This document shows positions 20,175 to 29,140 of a stretch of DNA of 32,000 nucleotides, piece by piece. The position numbers and the translations under genes were made by a program. Source of the DNA: Synechococcus sp. A15-24 (lineage in GTDB: Bacteria; Cyanobacteriota; Cyanobacteriia; PCC-6307; Cyanobiaceae); the NCBI RefSeq assembly GCF_014280195.1, contig NZ_CP047960.1:690001-722000 (forward strand), given 5' to 3'. Position 1 is the first letter of the stretch, and each line of letters begins with the position of its first letter. The notes beneath the pieces were generated by a model. The model ran no database searches, was not told the DNA's origin, and saw only the letters and a program-made list of their open reading frames with translations.

Positions 20175-21496
20175 CGGGAGCAGATCATCGAAGAGCTGGC
20201 CCAGTGCAGGTGAATCCAGCTGGCGTGAATCCTCTGAGTACCCCATCCCTCCGGTGTCCGTCCGGTCTTCCAGCCCTCAATGTCCCACAGCACGGACCCG
20301 GCCGATGGCGGTCGGTCGTGCTCCAAGGTCCAGCGGTGAAACTCGTGGCCCTGCAGGGTTTCTTCATGCCGTAGCAGCAGGCCGTCCTGGCGTGGTGTCA
20401 TCTGGCGGTAGCCCACCTGGAGCGCACCACGGCGCGCGCTGAAGGGCAGCACGCCAGCCATTGGATGCGAGGTGCCGTTGAGATCGTTCAGCTGCTGGCC
20501 CAGCAACAACATCCCGCCGCATTCGGCATAAATCGGGTGTCGTTGCGCAAACCCCCTGAGGGCAGACTGGCTGGTGCGGCACTGCCCCAGCCGCTCAGCG
20601 TGCTGTTCCGGAAAGCCTCCCGGCAGGATCAGCCCGCGAGCCTCGGCGGGAAGAGGTGCATCGGCGAGGGGGCTCCAGGGCAGCAGGGGCATGGCCATGC
20701 GCTCCAGCAGCTCGCCTGTCTCGGCGTAGCGAAAGTGAAAAGCCTCATCGACCGCCACGGCCACCGGCAACTCCGGCCCGGTGATCGGAGCGATCTCATC
20801 CAGCGGTGGCGTCCCTGACCGTGGAGCCTCCATCAAAGGGAGCCAGCGCGAAAGGTCGAGATGCTCCTCCGCGAGACGCGCCCAGCGTTCCAGTCGCTGG
20901 GAAGGATTTTGCAGCTCGTGGGCCGGGGCCAAGCCCAGATGTCGACTGGGTAAGGCCAGGTCATCACTCCTGGGCAGGCAGCCCAGCAGGGGCATGCCAA
21001 CCGCGGCGAGAACCTCATGTAGCAGATCCCGATGTCGTTGGCTGCTCACTCTGTTCAGTACGACACCGGCCAGGGTCAGGTCTGGGTCGTGATCACGGAA
21101 ACCCTGGACGAGAGCCCCCAGCGATGCGGCCTGACCACCGGCATCGATCACCAGCACCACCGGCAACTGCAGTTGTTTGGCGACAGCTGCCGTGCTGCCG
21201 GCTTCACTGCAGCCGATGCCGTCGAAAAGTCCCATGACCCCCTCAACAAGGGCCAGATCCTGCTGGCTTCCGTAACCGTGAAAAGCCCGTTCAACCCAGG
21301 CCTTGCCGCAGAGGTTGATGTCGAGATTGCGGCAGGGATGCCCTGCTACCGCACTCAGCAGCTGCGGATCGAGGTAGTCCGGTCCAACCTTGAACGGCTG
21401 GACGCTGTGGCCCTGAGAGCGCGCCCAGGCCAACAGGGACAGAGTGAGCAGCGTCTTGCCGCTGCCGCTGGCCGGTGCGGCGATGACAACGGCCAT
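20138..21496 (-). CDS. cobB: Cobyrinate a,c-diamide synthase (glutamine-hydrolysing)
   Basis: The N-terminal P-loop is IAAPASGSGKTLLTLSL. FKVGPDYLDP is present. The C-terminal glutamine amidotransferase domain has the nucleophile motif YAECGGMLLLG. Confidence 0.92.
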   Translation of the reverse strand: MAVVIAAPASGSGKTLLTLSLLAWARSQGHSVQPFKVGPDYLDPQLLSAVAGHPCRNLDINLCGKAWVERAFHGYGSQQDLALVEGVMGLFDGIGCSEAGSTAAVAKQLQLPVVLVIDAGGQAASLGALVQGFRDHDPDLTLAGVVLNRVSSQRHRDLLHEVLAAVGMPLLGCLPRSDDLALPSRHLGLAPAHELQNPSQRLERWARLAEEHLDLSRWLPLMEAPRSGTPPLDEIAPITGPELPVAVAVDEAFHFRYAETGELLERMAMPLLPWSPLADAPLPAEARGLILPGGFPEQHAERLGQCRTSQSALRGFAQRHPIYAECGGMLLLGQQLNDLNGTSHPMAGVLPFSARRGALQVGYRQMTPRQDGLLLRHEETLQGHEFHRWTLEHDRPPSAGSVLWDIEGWKTGRTPEGWGTQRIHASWIHLHWASSSMICSRWRDALAADPMP

Positions 21497-21512
21497 GGCA
21501 GATGGTGCTGCT

Positions 21513-22799
21513 TCAGTTCAGCAGCCTGGCAGCCAGCGGAGCCGCGTCGGCCAACAGGGGGTTGGTGGAGTCGTGTCCGCCGCTGAGCAGCCTTGCCACA
21601 TCCATTTCCGGTGAGGCGTGTTGAACCGACACGATCTCCTCATGCAGCTCAAGGCTGGCCATGCCACCCCCCTCAAGACGAATGCAGCCACCGGATTCCG
21701 CACAGAGGATCACACAGACACCCTGGCCCTGCTCCGGTTGGCAGATCAGCCGCAGACCGACCATCTGCCCCGCATGGACACTGGGCTGGCCGGTGGGAAC
21801 GGTCATCAACTGAAAGCGGATGTCAGCGCCGTCATGACGGCTGAACTGCGCTGTGACTCCTTCTTCGGAGACCTTGCTCCCCAGCAACTGCCAGCCGAGA
21901 CGGTCTGCGATCCAGGCCGCCATCAGCAGGCCCTGGGCGGGGTGGTGACCTTCCACATCGATGTCCAATTGCGTGATGTGGCAGAGAGCATCGCGACGGT
22001 TCGGCGGGTCAAACACCATCGCCAGGGTTTCGCGCCAGCTGCGCAGACGCAGCCAGTTGAGGTCATTCACCGCCTGACCGGACTCCACGCGTGAGCGCAG
22101 CAGGTTGAGGCAGTGGCTTGGATTACCGACGGCGGTGTCAAGGATCAGGCGCCTGGGAGAACAGGCCAGCTGTTCCATCAGGTCGGGTGCTTCATCGAGG
22201 AATCCGTTCCACCAGACCCAGGACGGCATTGACGGTGGCAGGAGTGGCTGAAGGATCGACATGCCATCGCGCAGGGCGTCGTGGCCACCTCGCAACACCA
22301 CCACATCACCACAGGCGGCGGTTCCCCCACCCTCCTCAGGCAAGGGGCAGTAAGCCGCCACAAGCGTCTCCAGTCCCTGGTTGGCGTTAATGGTCGGGGC
22401 CAGGGTGATCAAGCGTCGGGGCTGGAGTTCACTCAGGGCCGGGTCGATGTATTGCCCCCGCAGATCGTCGGCCTGGTGGTCACCGTCGAGCTGGGCGACA
22501 GCGGCGATCAGCTCACCAGCAGTTGGTGGGGTGCTCAGGGGCAGATCGGTGTCGATCACGGCCTGGCGACCGGCGTCCAGCAGTTCATCGGATTGCTGGC
22601 CGGTGATCGGACCGTTGAGGCGGCCGGAACGCACCAGTTGTTGTTCTGCCCAGGCGGGTTGCCAGATCAGTAGACAGAAGGTGTTCGCGCCGGAGCCGGT
22701 GTTGCCTTGCTGCTCCGTCGACCAGAGTTGCTCCAGGTAGGTGGGCACCTCTGAGGGGGCGAGTTCGAGCGGGGTCTGAAGTGTGAGCTGGGGGGACAT
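21513..22799 (-). CDS. opcA: Glucose-6-phosphate dehydrogenase assembly protein OpcA
   Basis: 428 aa, lying 39 nt downstream of zwf on the same strand. The OpcA-like N-terminus reads LELAPSEVPTYLEQLWS...NTFCLLIWQP. The position and length are typical of cyanobacterial opcA. Confidence 0.85.
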   Translation of the reverse strand: MSPQLTLQTPLELAPSEVPTYLEQLWSTEQQGNTGSGANTFCLLIWQPAWAEQQLVRSGRLNGPITGQQSDELLDAGRQAVIDTDLPLSTPPTAGELIAAVAQLDGDHQADDLRGQYIDPALSELQPRRLITLAPTINANQGLETLVAAYCPLPEEGGGTAACGDVVVLRGGHDALRDGMSILQPLLPPSMPSWVWWNGFLDEAPDLMEQLACSPRRLILDTAVGNPSHCLNLLRSRVESGQAVNDLNWLRLRSWRETLAMVFDPPNRRDALCHITQLDIDVEGHHPAQGLLMAAWIADRLGWQLLGSKVSEEGVTAQFSRHDGADIRFQLMTVPTGQPSVHAGQMVGLRLICQPEQGQGVCVILCAESGGCIRLEGGGMASLELHEEIVSVQHASPEMDVARLLSGGHDSTNPLLADAAPLAARLLN

Positions 22800-22838
22800 G
22801 GGAGGACGGGAGATGGAGTGCGGCGAATTCAGGTGGTG

Positions 22839-24362
22839 TCAGGGACGACGCCAGAGCAGTCCGTCACGGGCCAGCAGGGCATCAGCGGCGGCAGGTCCCC
22901 AGGTGCGGGATTCGTAGGGGTGGATCGGCAGCTGCCATGGGCTGTCTTCGATCAGTTCCAGCAGCGGGGTGTAAAGACGCCAGGCCGCTTCCACTTCGTC
23001 ACTGCGGGTGAACAGGGTCGGATCGCTGAGCATGGCGTCCGCCAGCAGGCGGACATAGCCCTCATCGGAGGGCTCCCCAAAGGACTCGTCGTAGGAGAAC
23101 TCCATGTCGATCGGACGGCTGCGCATGCCGGAACCGGGGGATTTCACTTCGAAGCGGAATTCCGCCCCTTCGTCGGGCTGGATGCGCAGAATCAACTGGT
23201 TGGCCGTGGGGCCGCCGGTGGCAGCATCGAAGAGATGCACCGGTGCTTCGCGGAAGGTCAGCACCACCTCGCTGAGGCGTTTGGCCAGCCGCTTGCCTGT
23301 GCGGACGTAGAAGGGGACCCCCTGCCAGCGCCAGTTGTCGATGAACAGCTTCATGGCGACGTAGGTCTCCGTGGTGCTGTTGGGATCGACGCCGGGTTCC
23401 TGGCGGTATCCGGCCAGGGGGGCGTCATGGCTGCCGCCGGGGCCGTACTGACCACGGATGCAGCAGTTCCATGGCTCCTGCTCGTCGGCTAGTCGTGCCG
23501 CCTGCAACACCTTGGCCTTTTCGTTGCGAATCGCCTCCGGGTCAAAGCGACCAGGCGGTTCCATGGCCGTGATGGCCAGCATCTGGGTCAGGTGGTTCTG
23601 CACCATGTCCCGCAGGGCACCGGAGGTCTCGTAATACCCGGCTCGCTCCTCGACTCCAACGGTCTCGGCGGCGGTGATCTGAACACTGGAGATGTAGTTC
23701 CGGTTCCAGATCGGTTCGAAAATGGTGTTGGCAAAGCGCAGCACCATGATGTTCTGGACCGTTTCCTTGCCCAGGTAATGGTCGATCCTGAAGATCTGAT
23801 TCTCTTGCCCGCAGCTCTTCACAACACGGTTCAGGGCTTGTGCACTGCCGTAGTCACGACCGAAAGGCTTCTCGATCACCAAGCGGCTGCGTTGGGGGTC
23901 CTTCAGCAGACCGGCATCCGCAAGCGCGCGACAGCCACTGCCGTAGAACTTCGGTGACACCGAGAGATAGAAGGTTCGGTTGCCGCGGGTGGCGCACTGT
24001 TGATCAATGGTCTCCAGCCGTCCTCCCAGGCGAACCACGTCCTCCAGTTGCTGTAGATCGACGGGTTCGTAGAACAACTTCGTGGCGAACTGATCCCAGG
24101 CTTCCTGGTTCTCGACGATCTTGCTGGCCAGGGCCTCGGCCATTTTTCCGCGAAACTCGTCGTCGCTCCAGGGCCGGCGCGCGCAGCCGAGAAGGGCGAA
24201 TTCACTGGGAAGTCGCCGCTGCTTGAACAGTTCGAACAGCGCGGGGACGAGTTTGCGGTGGGTCAGGTCACCACTGGCGCCGAAAATCACCAGACATTGC
24301 GGTGCGATAACCCGTTCCTGTCGGAGTCCGACCCGCAGGGGATTGGTGGCGGTGGCGACCAT
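22839..24362 (-). CDS. zwf: Glucose-6-phosphate 1-dehydrogenase
   Basis: The NADP-binding motif is LVIFGASGDLTHRKLVPALF and the active-site motif is RIDHYLGKE. EKPFG and VQNHL motifs are present. Confidence 0.97.
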   Translation of the reverse strand: MVATATNPLRVGLRQERVIAPQCLVIFGASGDLTHRKLVPALFELFKQRRLPSEFALLGCARRPWSDDEFRGKMAEALASKIVENQEAWDQFATKLFYEPVDLQQLEDVVRLGGRLETIDQQCATRGNRTFYLSVSPKFYGSGCRALADAGLLKDPQRSRLVIEKPFGRDYGSAQALNRVVKSCGQENQIFRIDHYLGKETVQNIMVLRFANTIFEPIWNRNYISSVQITAAETVGVEERAGYYETSGALRDMVQNHLTQMLAITAMEPPGRFDPEAIRNEKAKVLQAARLADEQEPWNCCIRGQYGPGGSHDAPLAGYRQEPGVDPNSTTETYVAMKLFIDNWRWQGVPFYVRTGKRLAKRLSEVVLTFREAPVHLFDAATGGPTANQLILRIQPDEGAEFRFEVKSPGSGMRSRPIDMEFSYDESFGEPSDEGYVRLLADAMLSDPTLFTRSDEVEAAWRLYTPLLELIEDSPWQLPIHPYESRTWGPAAADALLARDGLLWRRP

Positions 24363-24460
24363 CGGGCCTTGGCATCTGACGAAGGTTTAGGCACGGAATG
24401 GGAAATCAACAGTGCCCCAGATCAACCGAGCCTGTTTTTGGCCCGTTTTGTTGCCAAGCG

Positions 24461-24490
24461 AAAAAAAAGGACCACCCGAGGGCAGTCCTT
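24461..24490 (-). terminator. Rho-independent terminator downstream of petH
   Basis: On the minus strand it reads AAGGAC (24490-24485), a 12-nt loop, GTCCTT (24472-24467), then TTTTTT (24466-24461). It begins 31 nt after the petH stop codon. Confidence 0.7.
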
Positions 24491-24520
24491 GCGGAGCTTG
24501 ATCAGCTGAGCTGCGGCTAA

Positions 24521-25714
<1,194 letters not shown>

Positions 25715-25828
25715 CTATAGGGGTGCTTTAAAAACAGGTTCGATTCAGTTGCCGTTTGCCACAACTGGCGATGTCGTCTGGACGACTTCCGTAAGATCTG
25801 CTCGGACCAGCTCTGTGCACCAGACCCG

Positions 25829-26371
25829 TTGACTCCACTTCAGGCGCTGTTTCCAGGTGGACTTCGCTCCTCCAGTCACCAGAGCGAAACCATCGAGCAG
25901 ACGATGGAGCGTCTGCCTGGAGGAACACGGCGTCTTGCCGTTCAGCTGAAAAGTTCGATCCCTGCTGAGCTGTTTTGGGACGTCTTAACGGATTACGCCC
26001 ATCTGGCTGATTTCATTCCCAACCTGAGCTCCAGTGAGCTGGTGATGCGGGATGGAGAGACGGTTCGCCTTCAGCAGGTTGGCAGCCAACAGTTGCTGGG
26101 GATGCGTTTTTCAGCGCAGGTGCTGCTTGAACTTCGGGAATTCAAGCCCGATGGCGTCCTTCGTTTTCAAATGCTGAAGGGTGACTTTCGACGATTTGAA
26201 GGATCCTGGCAGGTCAGAACCCTGCCGGAAGGGTCGTACCTCCTTTACGAGCTGACGGTGCAGGGGTGCCTGGGAATGCCGATCGGCTTGATCGAAGAGC
26301 GCCTTCGCGACGACCTCAGCAGCAATCTCGTCGCGGTGGAGAGGGAAGCACTACGTCGCTGCAACAACTAA
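25829..26371 (+). CDS. SRPBCC-superfamily (polyketide cyclase/dehydrase, START-like) protein
   Basis: IPAELFWDVLTDYAHLADFIPNLSSSEL...FRRFEGSWQV is typical of cyanobacterial cyclase/dehydrase family proteins. The start is uncertain between TTG 25829 and ATG 25904 (MERLPGG). Confidence 0.75.
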   Translation: MTPLQALFPGGLRSSSHQSETIEQTMERLPGGTRRLAVQLKSSIPAELFWDVLTDYAHLADFIPNLSSSELVMRDGETVRLQQVGSQQLLGMRFSAQVLLELREFKPDGVLRFQMLKGDFRRFEGSWQVRTLPEGSYLLYELTVQGCLGMPIGLIEERLRDDLSSNLVAVEREALRRCNN

Positions 26372-26379
26372 TCACGAGA

Positions 26380-26405
26380 GAACAAAAGTGAAAGTTCAGT
26401 TCACT
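26380..26405 (-). terminator. Hairpin plus U-rich tract downstream of tRNA-Glu, a likely intrinsic terminator
   Basis: On the minus strand it reads AGTGAA (26405-26400), the 7-nt loop CTGAACT, TTCACT (26392-26387), then TTTGTTC. The same hairpin lies 16 nt after the stop of the plus-strand SRPBCC gene but has no T-tract on that strand. Confidence 0.55.
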
Positions 26406-26439
26406 GCGATTTGATCACCGGAGATCGAAAAATATTAAG

Positions 26440-26512
26440 TACCCCCAAGGGGATTCGAACCCCTGTCGCCTCCGTGAAAGGGAGGTGTCCTAGGCCTCTA
26501 GACGATGGGGGC
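26440..26512 (-). tRNA. trnE: tRNA-Glu (anticodon UUC)
   Basis: The reverse complement folds by hand as a 73-nt cloverleaf: GCCCCCA TC GTCT AGAGGCCTA GGAC A CCTCC CTTTCAC GGAGG CGAC AGGGG TTCGAAT CCCCT TGGGGGT A. The anticodon loop CTTTCAC gives UUC. It has a G1-U72 pair and discriminator A, as in cyanobacterial and plastid tRNA-Glu. The 3' CCA is not encoded. Confidence 0.95.
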
Positions 26513-26559
26513 GAGGCCGTGATCAAGGAGCCGTCTGTGCTCCTCATCACCAGAACAAA

Positions 26560-27711
26560 CTACGGCTCGAGCTCTCCCTCCGTCAAGACGGCCTGCCCCC
26601 ATTCCTGGCCCTGTCCCTGCCAGATCGGGACGGTGAAGGTGAAACACGCTCCCTCCCCTGGTTCAGAGACGACCCAGATCCGTCCACCATGCACTTCCAC
26701 GATGCGGCGGCACACCGATAAGCCCACGCCGAACCCCGTTGTGCGATCGGAGGTCTGGGGAAGACGAACCCGATCGAGAAAGATGCGCTGCTGTTCTTCC
26801 GTCGGGATGCCAGGCCCGCTGTCGCAGACACTGACTTCAACCCTCTGGCTGGTGCGGTGGAGCATGGTGAGGGTTATGTGTCCGCCGTTGCCGGTGTATT
26901 TCAAAGCGTTCTCCAGGAGATTCAGCAACACCTGACGCATGCGGCGCTGATCGGCAAAGACCTTGGGCAGGTCGCTCGGGATGTCGGTACGGATCTCGAC
27001 GTTTCGGCCCAGCCAGAGTTTTTCGAGTTCGAGAATCACTTCCGCTGAAACGCTGGCCAGGTCAAGCCGCTGCGGATTAAACAGTGTTTCCCAGCGGGTG
27101 GTTCCCACTTCCAGCAGATCCTTCGACAGGGCCTCCATCTCCTCCAATCTCCGCGTGATCACGTCCTGGAAGCGGGACATATCGATCTGTCCCAACCGCT
27201 GGCTCTGGAGTGCCAAGGCAGCAGCGGTCAGTGGAGTCCTCAGCTCGTGGGCCACCATCCGCAGCAGTCGCTCCTGGGCGTGAATCCTGTCGATCAGGGT
27301 CTCGTTTTCCTGGCGCAGCACCAGCAGTTGGTCTTCAAGTTGAAGCTCTTTTTGCGTTCTGCTCCCGTCCAGTTCTGTCGGCCTCAGGCTGAGACCTAAG
27401 CCGCTCACCACGCCGTCCTGCTGCCAGCGGGGCACCCATCCCTTCAGCTGCTGGAGGATGTTGCTGCCGGCGAAGACCTGCTTCGGTGCCGGGGATAGCT
27501 TGATCAGTGCCGGCGTGATCACCAGCCTGTGAAGTTCCAGCAATTCGGGCTGCTGCGATGGATCCGCCACCTGCAGCGTCACCTGGAAGCCAACGTCATC
27601 TCGTTCCAGGTAATGAACGACGGATCTCAGGTCAGGGCCGGAGAGGTGATGGCGTGCTGCCACCAGCAGGAGTTTCAGCCGCTGGCGACCCTTGGGATCG
27701 TCCTCCCCCAC
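26560..27711 (-). CDS. sasA: Adaptive-response sensor histidine kinase SasA (KaiB-like N-terminal domain plus HisKA/HATPase)
   Basis: The N-terminal KaiB/thioredoxin-like domain reads [13 protein letters not shown]...[13 protein letters not shown]. The H-box is [13 protein letters not shown], the N-box is [12 protein letters not shown], and the G-boxes are DSGPGIP and [21 protein letters not shown]. The start codon is GTG. Confidence 0.88.
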   Translation of the reverse strand: MGEDDPKGRQRLKLLLVAARHHLSGPDLRSVVHYLERDDVGFQVTLQVADPSQQPELLELHRLVITPALIKLSPAPKQVFAGSNILQQLKGWVPRWQQDGVVSGLGLSLRPTELDGSRTQKELQLEDQLLVLRQENETLIDRIHAQERLLRMVAHELRTPLTAAALALQSQRLGQIDMSRFQDVITRRLEEMEALSKDLLEVGTTRWETLFNPQRLDLASVSAEVILELEKLWLGRNVEIRTDIPSDLPKVFADQRRMRQVLLNLLENALKYTGNGGHITLTMLHRTSQRVEVSVCDSGPGIPTEEQQRIFLDRVRLPQTSDRTTGFGVGLSVCRRIVEVHGGRIWVVSEPGEGACFTFTVPIWQGQGQEWGQAVLTEGELEP

Positions 27712-27817
27712 GGCTCAGTGATGACGTAAAACTGAGGCTTACCTTATGGGTTTTTGACTGGTCCGCCATCCGGGCTAAGACAACTGGAAGCACTCCGACG
27801 CCTGGCCGACACGGTTT

Positions 27818-28405
27818 ATGTCGCTCTTTTCCGCGCAAAACCGTGTTCCACTCACGGTTCCTGGTTCAACCTCCGCATCACCGTCCATCCAGGTGGACAG
27901 CAACCTGCGTCGTTGGTTTGGCCGGAATCTCGGAATTTGGCGCTCCCGCCGGCAGTACACCTTCAGCGATGAGCAAGTGCTGCATGTGGATATGCATTTG
28001 AAAATGGAGGCCTTTGCGGAACCGGCAGCCGGCGAAAGCCGGTATCGCTTCAGCTGGTGGTCCGATGAAAGCAACCAGCATTCCGACGAATTCTTTGCGC
28101 GCAAACCCTGGTATGAGCGCACTGGTGTGATGGAAGCCACGCTCTGGGGGCATCAGCTGCAGCGCAGTCGCGGCTACCTCAACACCGATCCCGTTCGCAC
28201 GCGCCTGCGTCAGGTGGATGAGCACGAAACGATCCTGGAGTCTCACTACCAGCAATGGGACATCCTTGAGCACATCCGACTGGTGGACCAGGACCGCTAC
28301 CGCTACCGCGCCATCTACAGCTGGGAGAACGGGGAGCTGGCGATCGTTGAACATCACCACGAAATCAGGATGTCTGACCCTCTGCCCCTGATCCAGGAAG
28401 ACTGA
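27818..28405 (+). CDS. CpcS/CpeS-like (phycobilin-lyase-type, lipocalin-fold) protein. The assignment is tentative.
   Basis: 195 aa. WFGRNLGIWRSRRQYTF resembles the S/U-type lyase N-terminal signature F..S.G.W.SqR..h. The length and the alternating beta-strand-like pattern are compatible with that fold. There is a roughly 30-aa N-terminal extension. No search was possible, so the family call is from memory. Confidence 0.5.
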   Translation: MSLFSAQNRVPLTVPGSTSASPSIQVDSNLRRWFGRNLGIWRSRRQYTFSDEQVLHVDMHLKMEAFAEPAAGESRYRFSWWSDESNQHSDEFFARKPWYERTGVMEATLWGHQLQRSRGYLNTDPVRTRLRQVDEHETILESHYQQWDILEHIRLVDQDRYRYRAIYSWENGELAIVEHHHEIRMSDPLPLIQED

Positions 28406-28555
28406 ACCAGGCGACGGGCCTCAGCTCAATCCTGGTTGCCATTGAGAATTGGACTCTGGAAAAGAATTGGGGAAGTATGTCCCAGTTCAAAAAGCGATCA
28501 CTGAACGGGTGTTTTCGCAAAAGCTCCTATAAAATATCTAAAATTTTTTTAAGTC

Positions 28556-28969
28556 ATGAAAAAGAATAATTTCTTTTCGGCAATGACATTCGCAATTTCT
28601 TTGGCCTGTGGTTCACCGTCTGTGATGGCTCAGGCAGCTGGCGGCAGTACAAAACCCGCGACTCCAAATGACATCAATACCTACATGACAATTTCTGTTG
28701 TCACGTTTTGCGAGGCAAGAGGTCAGGGAGTCAGTTTCGACAAGTCAATTCCTGTCGCACTCGCTGGGCAAGCCTCTGCTGTGTTTCAAAAACATGGCGG
28801 GGTTGTTCCCGGCTCCAGCGAGCCCCTCTCCGAGGAGCAATTTTTCAAGACGTCTCCCTTTATGCTCATCGGTGGAGCCATGAAGGTTTGCAAAGACCAA
28901 GTTCCTGATGACCAGCAGAAGAAGTTTGAAAAAGCCGCTGCAGAATTAAAGTCTCGTTCGAAAAAATAA
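28556..28969 (+). CDS. Hypothetical secreted protein (137 aa) in the AT-rich islet
   Basis: The signal peptide is MKKNNFFSAMTFAISLACGSPSVMA, followed by QA. The C-terminus is Lys-rich. The gene is about 48% GC and its flanks about 35%, estimated by hand-counting part of the region, against about 60% in neighbouring genes. I recognise no family. Confidence 0.6.
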   Translation: MKKNNFFSAMTFAISLACGSPSVMAQAAGGSTKPATPNDINTYMTISVVTFCEARGQGVSFDKSIPVALAGQASAVFQKHGGVVPGSSEPLSEEQFFKTSPFMLIGGAMKVCKDQVPDDQQKKFEKAAAELKSRSKK

Positions 28970-29140
28970 TAATTTAAACTTGTAATTGCAAGGCATTCAG
29001 ATTGGTTAATTAACTTTAGAATAACTTTTTACTGATTTCACGTAACCATATTTTTGCTGCGAATGTTATGTCCTCTCTTAATCCTGTGTCATTCTTACTT
29101 TCTTTGAGCCAAAATTTGTCGTCAGTTGGTACGAAGTGTC

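Noticed and set aside
22818-23492. 224-aa plus-strand ORF
   Set aside because: It is antisense to zwf. It is Gly/Ala-rich with no motifs.
26411-26935. 174-aa plus-strand ORF
   Set aside because: It runs through the tRNA-Glu gene and is antisense to the 3' part of sasA.
27754-27781. TTGACT, a 16-nt spacer and TAAGAC upstream of the CpeS-like gene
   Set aside because: It is only a moderate match (-10 is 3/6) and is not supportable as a feature without experimental TSS mapping.
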